Assembly (NCBI GenBank): GCA_964450965.1
Contig: CAYVFF010000009.1
Coordinates: 5,384-69,383, forward strand
DNA from: an uncultured Eubacterium sp.
Lineage (GTDB): Bacteria; Bacillota; Clostridia; Lachnospirales; Lachnospiraceae
Direction: 5' to 3'
Length of the DNA stretch: 64,000 nucleotides
Under the pieces are notes generated by a model. It was not told where the DNA came from. It saw nothing but the letters and a program-made list of their open reading frames with translations, and did no database searches. This document shows, piece after piece, positions 1-11,200 of this stretch (position 1 is its first letter; every line of letters begins with the position of its first letter). The position numbers were made by a program, and so were the translations under genes.

Positions 1-1
1 C

Positions 2-1396
2 TGTACCGACGAGGAGTACAAGGAGTTTTACCGCGACGTATTCCATGATTACAAGGAGCCTCTGTTCTGGATCCACTTGAACATGGACTATCCTTTCAAC
101 CTGAAGGGCATACTTTACTTCCCAAAGATAAACATGGAGTTCGATTCCATCGAGGGCACCATAAAGCTATACAACAACCAGGTATTCGTCGCGGACAATA
201 TAAAGGAAGTCATCCCGGAATTCCTGCTGCTGCTCAAGGGCGTCATAGACTGCCCCGACCTGCCGCTCAACGTATCAAGGAGCGCGCTGCAGAACGATGG
301 CTTCGTGCAGAAGATATCCGAATATATAACGAAAAAGGTCGCCGACAAGCTGATCGGCATGTGCAAGACCGACAAGGAGAGCTACGAGAAATACTGGGAT
401 GATATCAGCCCGTTTATCAAATTCGGATGTCTCAAGGATGAGAAGTTCTGCGACAAGATGAACGACTACATACTGTTCAAAAATATCGATGACAAATACC
501 TGACGCTGCCCGAGATATTGAAGCCCGTCGAGGATGAGAAACAAGACAATGGCGAAAACGCCGACAACGGCGGAGAAAACGCCGGCAGCGGCGAATCCGG
601 CACAGCCGGCGGCGAATCGGATGACAGCAAATCTGAAGGCGGCGCGGAATCCGAAAGAGCCGATGGCGATGACGCGGAGGCGGCATCCGGCGAAAACGGC
701 AGTGATGCAGAATCCGGCCAGCCGGAAAGCGGGGACGGCGAAGCGTCCGATACCGATGAGGATGAGGATGAAGATGAAGAGGAATACAAGGACGAGCGTT
801 CCGTGGTCTATTATGTCACCGACAGGAACCAGCAGAGCCAGTATATCAAACTCTTCCGCGAACAGCACATGGACGCCGTAATACTTGACCAGAACATTGA
901 CACGTCGTTTATCTCGCAGCTGGAGCGCCGCAATGACAAATACAAGTTCATGCGCATCGACGCGGACGTGACCGGCACGCTGACCGAGGATGCCTCCGAG
1001 GACGAGCTGAAGGCCGCCAGCGAGACCCTAAAAGAGATTTTCGCAAAAGCGCTGGATAATGACAAGATTGCCATCAAGGTGCAGAAACTCAAAAACGCCG
1101 ACACCGCCTCCATCATCACCCTGTCCGAGGAGGGCAGGCGCATGCAGGAGATGATGCGGATGTATTCCATGGGCGGCAATGACATGGACATGTATGACGG
1201 GGATTATACGCTGACGCTGAACTATAACCATCCGCTCGTGAAATATATACTCGAAAACAAGGATTCCGAACACGTGCAGATGTTCTGCGAGCAGATTTAT
1301 GACCTCGCGATGATAGCAAACCAGCCGCTCCCGCCCGAGGCAATGGCAAAGTTTATGAAGCGCTCGAACGACATAATGATGCTGCTCGCAAAATAG
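2..1396 (+). CDS. htpG: Molecular chaperone HtpG (Hsp90 family), 5' end outside window
   Basis: Frame is open from nt 2 (CTDEEYKEFYRDVFHDYKEPLFWIHLNMDYPFNLKGILYFP). Middle and C-terminal HtpG motifs are present (DCPDLPLNVSRSALQ, VVYYVTD). Stop codon at 1394-1396. Confidence 0.9.
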   Translation, partial: CTDEEYKEFYRDVFHDYKEPLFWIHLNMDYPFNLKGILYFPKINMEFDSIEGTIKLYNNQVFVADNIKEVIPEFLLLLKGVIDCPDLPLNVSRSALQNDGFVQKISEYITKKVADKLIGMCKTDKESYEKYWDDISPFIKFGCLKDEKFCDKMNDYILFKNIDDKYLTLPEILKPVEDEKQDNGENADNGGENAGSGESGTAGGESDDSKSEGGAESERADGDDAEAASGENGSDAESGQPESGDGEASDTDEDEDEDEEEYKDERSVVYYVTDRNQQSQYIKLFREQHMDAVILDQNIDTSFISQLERRNDKYKFMRIDADVTGTLTEDASEDELKAASETLKEIFAKALDNDKIAIKVQKLKNADTASIITLSEEGRRMQEMMRMYSMGGNDMDMYDGDYTLTLNYNHPLVKYILENKDSEHVQMFCEQIYDLAMIANQPLPPEAMAKFMKRSNDIMMLLAK

Positions 1397-1472
1397 GGCA
1401 AAAAAAATGTCCACTCCGGCGGATTCTGTGGTATACTGTAGGAAAAGCAAAGTGTATGAGGAGGCATTTCTT

Positions 1473-1769
1473 ATGAAAAGATATACCAGAGTACCGCTGG
1501 AAGTGACGGCATACAAATACGAGGTCGGCAAAGGCATGGAGGATGGCTTCAGGCTGTTCAGCGAAGTCATAACCACAGCGGGGCTTAGCACGGAACATCT
1601 CGTCAAGATCACCCGCCCGGACGGCACCATAGTCTGCCCCTACGTGGAGAACCATCGCGGGCTGATATTCATCGCCGAGGGCGACTATATCATCTGCGAG
1701 GGCGAGAATGAAAAGCACGTCTGCGGAGAGGACAGCTTTGCGGACAGGTTCCAGCCGATAGACGACTGA
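1473..1769 (+). CDS. Hypothetical small protein (98 aa)
   Basis: ATG at 1473 lies 8 nt after GAGGAGG (1458-1464). A strong terminator follows. No family recognised. The track start at 1407 has no SD. Confidence 0.6.
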   Translation: MKRYTRVPLEVTAYKYEVGKGMEDGFRLFSEVITTAGLSTEHLVKITRPDGTIVCPYVENHRGLIFIAEGDYIICEGENEKHVCGEDSFADRFQPIDD

Positions 1770-1816
1770 CGCACATGGCATCTTGCAGGGGAGTTTTCAC
1801 CCCTGCAAGCCACACA

Positions 1817-1851
1817 GGCGGCTTCCCGAATATCGGGAGGCCGCCTTTTTT
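1817..1851 (+). terminator. Rho-independent terminator
   Basis: GGCGGCTTCCCG-aatat-CGGGAGGCCGCC followed by T6. A second hairpin, CTTGCAGGGG..CCCCTGCAAG, lies at 1782-1809. Confidence 0.7.
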
Positions 1852-1861
1852 GCGCCTTTTG

Positions 1862-2875
1862 CTATATGTCGTCCCATACCGCGTCGCCCAGATATTTTTC
1901 GTAAATCCTGTAGAAACCGTCAAAGGAAAACTGCTCCAGCTCCTGAACCTGCGCCTGCTCCCATGCAGCCTCGTTGAGCCTGGAAAAGACCCTATCGCGG
2001 AACGGCACATATGCCGTTTCAAACGCCTCCTTTTTGCGCTGCTCCACTATGTCCGCCTTATGCTCCTCGGTCAATTCCTCGTTGAACTTATTATCGCAAT
2101 AGAATATATAGAATCCCTGGTCGGTGCGCACCACGTCCGACATCTCCCCGTCCTGCATGGAAAAAACCACCTCCTCGGCGGCCTCCGGCAACTGCCCGCG
2201 CTGCAGCGTGACCGCAATCTCGTCCGCCTCGTTATAGTTCGCGGCGACCGAAGAGAAATCGTCCTTCTCCTCCAGCTCCGCTAAGGCCTCGCGCGCCTTT
2301 GCCTCGTCGGCGGTATATATCTGCCTCGCCTCCAGGACCCTGGCCTCGTCGTCGCTGACCTCCTCGTTGACGTCTTTAATCAATGTCCTATACAGCTTGT
2401 CCGCCAGGGCATATCTCCGATACAGATCCTCCACGTCCTCCCGCGCGATATCCAGCGCGCCGAGTTCCGCCTCCGACAGGGAACCGCAGCAGTCCTCCGC
2501 CGCCAGCCGGACCATCTCCTCCTGCTCATCGCTCAAGGCAATGCCCCTGGACTTGGCGAGAGCCGCCATGCAATAGACCCGCGACGCCCCATCGAGGGTG
2601 AGCTGCTTGATATACTGCCCATATTTTTTCTGCACCCTCAGATCCTCGTTGTGCAAGACGCTTATCCCGAAACTCTCGCCATGAAGGTTCATCTCGCTGA
2701 GCAGCAGCAGCTTTATGGCCGGCAGGCGGCACTTTTCGCCGTCAATCTCGAAGACTTCGTCGTCGCCCATCGCCTTGCTGATAATCACCTCCTCGTCCCC
2801 CGCCCCGCAGGCGGATACGAAAAGCGCAGGCAGGGCGAGAGCCGCGGCTAAAAGGAAACCAATTATTTTTTTCAT
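1862..2875 (-). CDS. PrsA/SurA-like peptidyl-prolyl isomerase lipoprotein
   Basis: Signal peptide with lipobox (LPALFVSAC). Parvulin-like C-terminal segment (FSMQDGEMSDVVRTDQGFYIFYC). GGAGGG SD. ATGA start/stop overlap with the upstream gene. Confidence 0.65.
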   Translation of the reverse strand: MKKIIGFLLAAALALPALFVSACGAGDEEVIISKAMGDDEVFEIDGEKCRLPAIKLLLLSEMNLHGESFGISVLHNEDLRVQKKYGQYIKQLTLDGASRVYCMAALAKSRGIALSDEQEEMVRLAAEDCCGSLSEAELGALDIAREDVEDLYRRYALADKLYRTLIKDVNEEVSDDEARVLEARQIYTADEAKAREALAELEEKDDFSSVAANYNEADEIAVTLQRGQLPEAAEEVVFSMQDGEMSDVVRTDQGFYIFYCDNKFNEELTEEHKADIVEQRKKEAFETAYVPFRDRVFSRLNEAAWEQAQVQELEQFSFDGFYRIYEKYLGDAVWDDI

Positions 2876-4278
2876 CGACCCTCCCCCGATGATTGCAATA
2901 TACTCCTCGCGGCCGCAAGTCCGTTCGCCGACGCCTGCTGGAGGCCCCTCGTGACGGACGCGCCGTCGCCGATTGCCCGCAGGCCCTTAATATTCGTCTC
3001 AAAGTCGCGGTCGACGACCACCTTGTTAGAGTAAAATTTGACCTCCACGCCGTACATGAGCGTCTCCTCGCTGGCGATTCCGGGCGTCACCTTGTCAAGC
3101 GCCTCGATCATCTCCACTATGTCGACCATAATCCGGTGCGGAAACACGAGCGATAAATCTCCCGGCACCGCGTCTTTCAGCGTTGGAATCAGGTTGTTGC
3201 GGCATAGCCGCTCCTCGGTCGTGCGCCGCCCGCGCTTGAAGTCGCCGTAAGTCTGCACGAGTATCTTGCCATCGCACAGCATATTCGAGAGCTGCGCGAT
3301 CTGCTTGCCGTAGGCTATGGGCGTCTTGAACGGCTTTGTAAAATTCTTGGAGACGAGCAGCGCGAAATTCGTATTGTCCGTCTTCATGTCCTTTGATTTA
3401 TAGGCATGCCCGTTCACCACCGCGAGGCCGTCGTCATAATATTCGGTCGCCACCTCGCCGGACGGATTAGTGCAAAACGTGCGCACCTTGTCGTCGAACG
3501 TGGGCGTATAATATACCAGCTTCGCCTCATACAGGTTTTTGTTCAAAAGCTCCATCACCTCGTCGCGGACCTCCACGCGCACGCCGATATCGACCGTGCC
3601 CACCTCGGTCTCCACGCCAATCTTTTTGCATTGGTGCGCGAACCAGTCCGCTCCCTCGCGCCCGACCGCGGCGACAACATTGTCCGCAAAAAAACTCTCC
3701 CCGCCGCCGGTAACGACTCCGCGCATTACGCCGTCCTCTATGATGAACTCCTCCACCATCGTGCCGAACATCATCTCCACGCCACGTTCCAGAAGATGCG
3801 CCTGCAGCTTTGCATAAATCTTATATCCCTCCTCCGTGCCAAGATGCCGGATCGGGCATTCGATGAGCTTTAAGCCCGCGTTGATGGCTTTCCTTCGGAT
3901 CTCGCGGATCTCGCTCTCCTTGTCGACGCCATATACGTTCTTGTCCGCGCCGAACCGCAGGTATATATCGTCAGACTCATGTATCAGCCGGACCGCCTCG
4001 TCGTATCCTAGGATTTCGGGCAGAGTCCCGCCCACGTCCGGCGATAGCGACAACTTTCCGTCGGAAAAAGCCCCCGCGCCGGCAAATCCCGTCGTGATGC
4101 TGCACGGCTTGCAGCCCGCACATACGTTCGTCTTGCGCTTAGGGCAGTTCCTCTCCTCAATCCGCCGCCCTTTTTCTATCATGAGGACGCGCATGTCCGG
4201 CTGATTCCTCATAAGTTCATACGCGCAAAAAATGCCGGACGGCCCCGCGCCGACGATGATTACGTCATATTTTTCCAC
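2872..4278 (-). CDS. FAD-dependent oxidoreductase (COG2509-like NAD(FAD)-utilising dehydrogenase)
   Basis: N-terminal Rossmann motif YDVIIVGAGPSGIF. Start moved to the GTG at 4278, 8 nt after GGAGGG. The track TTG at 4296 lies inside the upstream ORF. Confidence 0.8.
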   Translation of the reverse strand: MEKYDVIIVGAGPSGIFCAYELMRNQPDMRVLMIEKGRRIEERNCPKRKTNVCAGCKPCSITTGFAGAGAFSDGKLSLSPDVGGTLPEILGYDEAVRLIHESDDIYLRFGADKNVYGVDKESEIREIRRKAINAGLKLIECPIRHLGTEEGYKIYAKLQAHLLERGVEMMFGTMVEEFIIEDGVMRGVVTGGGESFFADNVVAAVGREGADWFAHQCKKIGVETEVGTVDIGVRVEVRDEVMELLNKNLYEAKLVYYTPTFDDKVRTFCTNPSGEVATEYYDDGLAVVNGHAYKSKDMKTDNTNFALLVSKNFTKPFKTPIAYGKQIAQLSNMLCDGKILVQTYGDFKRGRRTTEERLCRNNLIPTLKDAVPGDLSLVFPHRIMVDIVEMIEALDKVTPGIASEETLMYGVEVKFYSNKVVVDRDFETNIKGLRAIGDGASVTRGLQQASANGLAAARSILQSSGEGR

Positions 4279-4282
4279 TGTT

Positions 4283-4546
4283 TCAACCCTCCACAATCAT
4301 GAACCGGCCTCCCGGCAGGGAAAATACCTCCGGCTGGCCGATCAGCTCGTCGGCCGTCATGCCGCAAAGGTCGACCCCCTCCTCCTCGAAGTAGGCGAGA
4401 ACCTCTTCTTTGTCCTTGCAGATGACGGCCATGCAATCCTCGAGAAAATATTCCGCCTCCTCCAGCGTCTCCGCCACCGGTTCAGGGAAAAGCTGCAGCT
4501 GCCGGTCCAGAAATATCTGCAGGTCCCGCTCGCTAAACTCGCTCAT
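4283..4546 (-). CDS. Hypothetical small acidic protein (87 aa)
   Basis: ATG at 4546 is preceded by GGGAGGA. The stop abuts the SD of the FAD gene. No family recognised. Confidence 0.5.
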   Translation of the reverse strand: MSEFSERDLQIFLDRQLQLFPEPVAETLEEAEYFLEDCMAVICKDKEEVLAYFEEEGVDLCGMTADELIGQPEVFSLPGGRFMIVEG

Positions 4547-4627
4547 CAGAATTCCTCCCATTCATAATAATGTCCGCCGGACGCCCCGCCATTGTGAGAT
4601 AACTAACGCGCCCGCCAACCCCGCTCT

Positions 4628-7600
4628 TCAACAGGATATTACCTCCTCCAATTTAAAAGAATATATCAATTTTTCCGTGACCGGCCTGCCGGTTGCCGAG
4701 GAGAGCGCCCTGGCATAGAGGTCGAGCTGCGTCTGGTAGCGGTCTAAGAGCTGCCGCGCATTTTTCACCGAATCCGTCTTATAGTCCAGCAGGACTATGC
4801 CTCCCTCCTCCTCGAAATAGAGATCGATTATGCCCTGCACCAGTACCAGCTCGGCGCTATCAACCCCCGGCTCCGCCTCATATGCGGGGATGCCCATGAC
4901 GAACGGCTGCTCGCGATAGAGCTTTCCGCGCCCATTGGCGCGTATAATGCGGCCCGCCAGCTCCGTCTGCAGGAAATGCCAGATTTTATCCAGGTCGACG
5001 AGCTCAGCCGAGGCCGCGTCGATGCGGCCCGAGACGCCAAGCTCCGCCAGCTGCCGCGCCACCTCGCCGCGCGAAATCCCCGAGCCTGCCGCGGCGCCAT
5101 AGTCCAGGCATTCCATCATCCTATGCATCGCCGTGCCTCGCAAAGCCCCTTTGTGAGGCCCGCCCCCGGCATCCCCGCCGACGAAGCGCGGAACGTAATG
5201 CTCCCGCGTGTCCGCGGCATACCAGGCAAGCGCCTCCTCGTCTCCGGGCTCCAGAATCATGTTCCGGTGCTTGATCTCCGACACGGAAATCTTTGAGCGC
5301 AGCTGCAGTTCGTGTTCGTAAGGATATGCGAAGCACAGCCTGTCGTCAATCTGCTTGATTATGTAAGGATCGGCGGATGCCGCCGCGTCCGCCAGCCGTT
5401 CTTTCCCGATATATCGCTCGGCTTCGCGCATCTGACCCGTCAGGCGGGATTCGCCCGCCCCATATGTCTCTATCGAAAAATGTTCCGGGTGCGCATATGC
5501 CCCGGGCAATACCCAGTCCAGAAAACACCCTGCCTCGCGTCTGTCCAGGTATGCCGCCTCATCGGAGGCCTGCAGTTCATAGTCGTAGAGCTCCTCCAGC
5601 CCGCGCACCGCGCCGGTGAGGATGAGCTGCTCCCTGGCGCGCGTCATCGCCACGTATAGAACGCGCATCTCCTCCCCGATATTCTCCCCCGCGACCCTCC
5701 CGGCAATCGTCTGCCTCAGCAGCGTCGTGCATTTCCTGTGCTTTTTTCGCTCGATGCAGGATAGGCCTACGCCATATTCGTGATCCAGGACCATGACGTC
5801 CGTGCTGTCCTGCTTGTTGAATCTCCGCCCCAGGCCGCTTACGAATACTACCGGAAATTCCAGCCCCTTGCTTTTGTGGATGCTCATGATCCGCACGACG
5901 TCGTCATGCTCCCCGGACACGTCCGCCTCGCCGAAATCCACCTCGTAGCGATCCAGCTGCTCCATATAGCGTATGAACGAAAACAGCCCCTTATAGCCCG
6001 CACGCTCGAAATTAGCCGCGTGCCCCAGCAGCATCTCCACGTTAGCCAGCCTCTTTTCGCCCGCCGGCAGCGCCCGGATATAATTGAGATAGCCGCTCTC
6101 GCGCAGAATCCCCCCGATCAGGTCGTGTACCGGCATCGTTCTCGCCCTGCCGCGATAGTCCGCGAGCCTTTCAAGAAATGACCCGCATTTTTCCCGCAGC
6201 GCGTCATTCTGGCCGCTTTGCGCATAGCCTTCCACATCGTTATACAAAAAGGCGCCTCCGCCATTCGCGCGGACCAATGCCAGCTCCTCGTCCGAGAATC
6301 CGAAAAACATTCCCAGCAGCACGGCGGCAAGCGGGATGTCCTGCAGAGGATTGTCGATCGCCTTGCACAGCGAGAGCACTGCCTGCACTTCAGGCGCGCT
6401 AAAATATCCCGTCTGCGCCATGCGATGCGACGGGATCCCGCGCAGGGACAACTGCTCTTCCAGCTGCGCTCCCCATGAATTAGGGGAACGGAGGAGAATC
6501 ACGATATCCGAATAACGCATATCCCTCATGCCCCCCTCGCCATCCGCGATCTTCTGACTAGCCTTTATGGAGAGAATCTCCTCCGCGATCATCGCCGCCT
6601 CGGCCTGCGCGGCATTGTCCGCGCCGGACTGGGCGAGCGCGTCCTCCCCGGCGTCGGCAATGAGAATCCTGGCGCGATACTCCCCCTCGCCCGCGGCCGG
6701 ATATTCGGCGCCGGGGTAGAGCGCCGCCTCGCCGTCGTACTCCACGCCGCCAATGTCGCGCCTCATGACGCGGTAAAAAAGGTCGTTTACCGCGTCGAGC
6801 ACTTCCGCCCGGCTGCGGAAATTCCTCTCCAGGCATATCTTCTGGCATGGAGAATCCTCCAGGGTATACTCGCCATATTTTTCCATGAACAGCTCCGGCC
6901 TGGCCAGCCGGAAGCGGTAGATGCTCTGCTTTACATCGCCTACCATAAAGAGATTGTCCCTGCCGCCGCCGGATACCGCCGTGAGTATCGCCTCCTGCAC
7001 GTAATTAGAATCCTGATACTCGTCGATCATGACCTCCTCGAACAGCTCGCGGAACTCCCATGCCACGGCCGTCGGCTCCTTGGTCTTTTCGTCCACCAGA
7101 ATCCGCAGGGCCATATGCTCTATATCGGAAAAATCGAGTATACCCTCCTCATCCTTTTTCTTACGAAAAGACGCGGCAAAATCCGCCGTAAGCCTCGCCA
7201 GGACTCTCACGGCCCGCCCGGTATATGCCATGTCCTCCATCCTGGATGCGAGCGGCCTGGAAAAATATTCCTTTTGCAATTTCTCCAGCCCGTCCCTGAC
7301 GCTTTTCCTTATTTTCTTGACCAGCTCCTGCATGGCCTTGTCGCCGTCAAATCCCCTGCGAACGCCCAGACGCCCGAAATCTATCGCGCGGATCGCGGCG
7401 CCCAGCGCGTCAAAATCCGAGATTTTCTCCAGGCCCGCCATCTGCGAAAGCACATACTCGATATTATCCAGGTACATGTCCGGCCCGCCCGGAGAAAGGC
7501 ACAGCCGGCGCGCCCTCTCCAGCCTCGCGCGCCCGCCCTCGATAGCCGCGTGGATATAGTCCGTCAGTTCGCCAAACCAGTCGGCACGCTCCTCCGGCGC

Positions 7601-8218
7601 ACGCGCCAGGGCATCTTTTGAGTATATATCGCCAAGTCCCTCCAACCACTCCGCGGGCCATGGATGGCTCTCGGAATAGTCGTAGAGTCTCTGCACCATC
7701 ATCATGATTGCCGAATCGTTCTTTGCCGTGGCATAATCATCCGCGAAAGCGATAAAATCGGGATCCGCGCCATCATACCAGCGCTCCATCACCTCCTCCA
7801 TCACTTCCTGCGAGAGGAGCGCCAGCTCCCCGGGATCGCCCACGCGAAATCCTGGCGAAAGGCCGATGCACTGGAAATAGTTTTTCACGACATATAGGCA
7901 GAAACTGTCGATCGTAGTGATCTGCGCGTGGTGGACCAATGTATGCTGCCGGTGCAGATAGGCGTTGCCGGGATCGCCGGCTATGCGCGCCTCTATGGCA
8001 TGTGCCACGCGCTCGCGCATCTCGGCGGCCGCAGCCTTGGTAAATGTCACGACCAGCAGGCGGTCGATATCCACCGGATGCTCAGAATCCAGCACTTTTT
8101 TTATTATTCGCTCCACCAGCACGGCAGTCTTGCCGCTGCCGGCGGCCGCGGACACCAGCAGATTCCTCCCGCGAAGGTCAATGACCTGCCGCTGCCGCGT
8201 CGTCCATGCCGTCCCCAT
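4628..8218 (-). CDS. addA: ATP-dependent helicase/nuclease AddA
   Basis: UvrD-type Walker A (VSAAAGSGKTAVLVERI). C-terminal RecB-type nuclease (GIIDLYF..LLDYKTD). Positioned directly after addB. Confidence 0.9.
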   Translation of the reverse strand: MGTAWTTRQRQVIDLRGRNLLVSAAAGSGKTAVLVERIIKKVLDSEHPVDIDRLLVVTFTKAAAAEMRERVAHAIEARIAGDPGNAYLHRQHTLVHHAQITTIDSFCLYVVKNYFQCIGLSPGFRVGDPGELALLSQEVMEEVMERWYDGADPDFIAFADDYATAKNDSAIMMMVQRLYDYSESHPWPAEWLEGLGDIYSKDALARAPEERADWFGELTDYIHAAIEGGRARLERARRLCLSPGGPDMYLDNIEYVLSQMAGLEKISDFDALGAAIRAIDFGRLGVRRGFDGDKAMQELVKKIRKSVRDGLEKLQKEYFSRPLASRMEDMAYTGRAVRVLARLTADFAASFRKKKDEEGILDFSDIEHMALRILVDEKTKEPTAVAWEFRELFEEVMIDEYQDSNYVQEAILTAVSGGGRDNLFMVGDVKQSIYRFRLARPELFMEKYGEYTLEDSPCQKICLERNFRSRAEVLDAVNDLFYRVMRRDIGGVEYDGEAALYPGAEYPAAGEGEYRARILIADAGEDALAQSGADNAAQAEAAMIAEEILSIKASQKIADGEGGMRDMRYSDIVILLRSPNSWGAQLEEQLSLRGIPSHRMAQTGYFSAPEVQAVLSLCKAIDNPLQDIPLAAVLLGMFFGFSDEELALVRANGGGAFLYNDVEGYAQSGQNDALREKCGSFLERLADYRGRARTMPVHDLIGGILRESGYLNYIRALPAGEKRLANVEMLLGHAANFERAGYKGLFSFIRYMEQLDRYEVDFGEADVSGEHDDVVRIMSIHKSKGLEFPVVFVSGLGRRFNKQDSTDVMVLDHEYGVGLSCIERKKHRKCTTLLRQTIAGRVAGENIGEEMRVLYVAMTRAREQLILTGAVRGLEELYDYELQASDEAAYLDRREAGCFLDWVLPGAYAHPEHFSIETYGAGESRLTGQMREAERYIGKERLADAAASADPYIIKQIDDRLCFAYPYEHELQLRSKISVSEIKHRNMILEPGDEEALAWYAADTREHYVPRFVGGDAGGGPHKGALRGTAMHRMMECLDYGAAAGSGISRGEVARQLAELGVSGRIDAASAELVDLDKIWHFLQTELAGRIIRANGRGKLYREQPFVMGIPAYEAEPGVDSAELVLVQGIIDLYFEEEGGIVLLDYKTDSVKNARQLLDRYQTQLDLYARALSSATGRPVTEKLIYSFKLEEVISC

Positions 8219-11200
8219 CTTCTCCGCCCTCTTCCTGCTCCTTCTCTATTCTCTCCATCTCTTCAAATACCGCCCCGTCTGAATCGAATCTCTCGAGCCT
8301 GCGGTATCCGCATCCCTCCAGGCGCTCGTCAAAGCCGCATATGCTGCGGAACACGCACCACTGGCACGCATTCTTCCCGCCCAGTTCATAAGGGTTTATA
8401 GCAATCTCGCCATCCATCATCCTCTGCCCGAGCCGTCTTACGAGATAGTTTACATAATTGCTAATCTCGCCAAACTGCGCGGTCGTATAGGCCTTCGACG
8501 CCGACGAGAGCTCGCCTGATTTCGTTCGCGCCACCGGAATGACGTCGGACTTGTCCGTAAACTCCGCGTCCATCGCCCCGTAAATATCCGGATCCGCGTT
8601 TACGATGCCATCCATTCGCAGCTTTTCGAACGCCGCGCGGCGAATCTCCTCCTCATCCGCGCCAGGATCTGCGTCGACGACCGGATCGTCCACATGATAA
8701 TAAAAAATGCCCGCCGGCAGTATATCTCCCTCGCGGCCCCGCCCAATCAGTTCCATCGCCGCGTCCAGATAGACCGCCAGCTGCAGCTGCAGGCCGTGAT
8801 AGAGCGAGGACAGAGAGAATTTTGTCTGGCCTGATTTATAATCGATGACCTTGATATACGTATCTCCTCCAAGCTCCAGCACATCGACCCGGTCGATGCG
8901 CCCCATGAGATGCATCTCCCCTCCACCGGCCAGCGCAAAACGCGCCGTCCTCAGGCCGTCCGCCGCGCCAAATGATAATTCATACTCCGCCGGACGAAAG
9001 CGCCCTTTGCGCACCTGCCGGGTCAGGGTATCCACGGTCTTATGCAGCAGATCCTGCATGCGCCTTGAGAGATAGCGATTCTTCGCGGATGAAAACAGCG
9101 CGTCTCCCGCCTGCGCCATGGCAAAGCGCATCGCCGCCTCGGCCAGCCGCAGCCTCTCCTCTTCAGGGACGTCGAACCAGTCATATCCGCCGCGCTCCAG
9201 GCCATTGGCATAATGCTCCAGAGCCGCGTGCAGCACATTTCCGAAATCTACCGGCTCGAAATCATGCGTATCACGCTCCCGCAGTCGCAGCCCATACGCC
9301 AGGAAATGCGCATATGCGCAAGCAGCGAACCTCTCCAGGCGCGTGACGCTGTTTTCAATCACGCTGCCATAGAGCAGACGCCCGGTCTCAGCGGAGAGCG
9401 GAGCCTTATCCATCCGGAAATAAGCCGCTGACAACAATCTTTCCAATGGCTCGCGCCATTGAGCCCGCGCCCCGAACCACGCTAAGAGCGCCCCCCATTC
9501 GGGCGGCGCCTCTCCGGCCTTGGCCCTCTCCATCCCCTCCGCCAGGTAGCGGAAAGCGGCGGCAGGCGTCGCCATGAAATCCATAGCGGATATCTCCGCG
9601 TCATTTTCCATATAATCCTCGGCCTTAAGCCCCGGAAACATCCTTAGAATCATGCCAATCAGGTAAGAACGCCGCATGGACGCGCCGTCCGCGCCGGTCC
9701 TGGCATACGTCAGATACAAGCCGAAGGATGGCTTTGTCATGTTCATATACAGGTAAAACCGCTGGATGAACGCCCGCTCGCGCGCCGTCGGAGCGAGCTC
9801 ATAATGAGCCCGCGCGAGCGTCTCGCGCTCTAGCTGGCTTAGGATCCCTCCCTCGCCGGACACGCTAGGGATCACGCCGTCGTTCACCCCCAGAAAAAAC
9901 AAAACCTTAACGTTCTCTAGCCTGGTGCGCTCGATATCGCCGACTATCACCTGATCTAATCCGGGCGGAATCGCGGGCGCCTTTGCCGCCTCGAATCCCG
10001 CATCAACGATATCTGCATATTCGTCCAGCGGAAGGATCTCGCCGCCTAACAACGCCGCCAGCTTGTCAAAAAGATCCATCGCGGCCCGCCATATCCTGGC
10101 GTCTCCGGGGTCGTCCGGCTCCATGTCAAACGCGGCCATCACGTCGTATAACGCGCGGGTACGCATGAGCACGGTCGACGACTTGTCCGTCATTATATCC
10201 ATGTAGGGGCCAAGGGTTTGCATGAGCCTCCCTCGCGCCTCGTTAAGCTCCGCCAGCCCATCAGCGTCCATCCAGCCCGGGCAATACGTCCACAGCTCGC
10301 CCCAGCGCCGATGTCCGCGAATGCCGGTCGCCAGCAGGTAATTATCGAGGATGTCGGCCAGTCCGGACCCTATCGGCAAAAGCCCGGTCTTTACCAGCCG
10401 CATGGCGGCCTCATAGGAAAAATCGCGCTTTGCCAGCTCCAGCAGGGAGCGCGCGCATTCGATTAGCGGATGGAACAGGATCGGGTCGGATTGATCCAGA
10501 AAATAAGGGATATCATATTCGGCAAAAACCTGCGGCACGTAAGATGCGTACAGGCGCGCGTCTCCGGAGACTATCGCGACGTCGCGATACCGCATTCCCT
10601 CCCGCGCCAGGCGCTTTATCTCACGCGCCGCGAACCGCAGCTCGTCCAGAGGCCTGGCAAATCCGGCTACGCGCAGCTGCGTCTGCCGCCCCCATTCAGA
10701 TTCGCCGGCATACGGCCGCTGCCCCAGTCGGAACATATTCTGCTCCAGGTGATACAGCAACGGCGAATTCGCGAAACGCCGCCGCGCCCCGTCGGACAGC
10801 ACCGCCGGATCTGCGACGGCCACTCCGGTATCCTTAGCAATCACGAGGAGCGTATGTATCGTCTTTTTCGAGAGATAAAAAAGCTGCTCGGCGTCGTCCC
10901 AGCCGCGATAAAAATCCTCCTCCGCGCCTATCGTAAACGCGGCATAGATGTCAATAACCGCCGGGAATACCTCGCGCAGAAAGTCCTGCTGGACCGGCGT
11001 GAAGCCCGTGAACCCGTCAAAAACGAGTACCGCGTTCGCAAATAGAGAAGACGCCGGCACGAGCTCTGCCATATATTCCTCCATCTCCTCGGCCAGCAGG
11101 TAGTCCCCCTCTATCTCCCTCAAAAAAGCCTCGTATAATATGCGGATGTCAGACAATTTCGCCCGCAGCAGCGGCGAGGCGCCGTCGCTTCCCGCCATAT

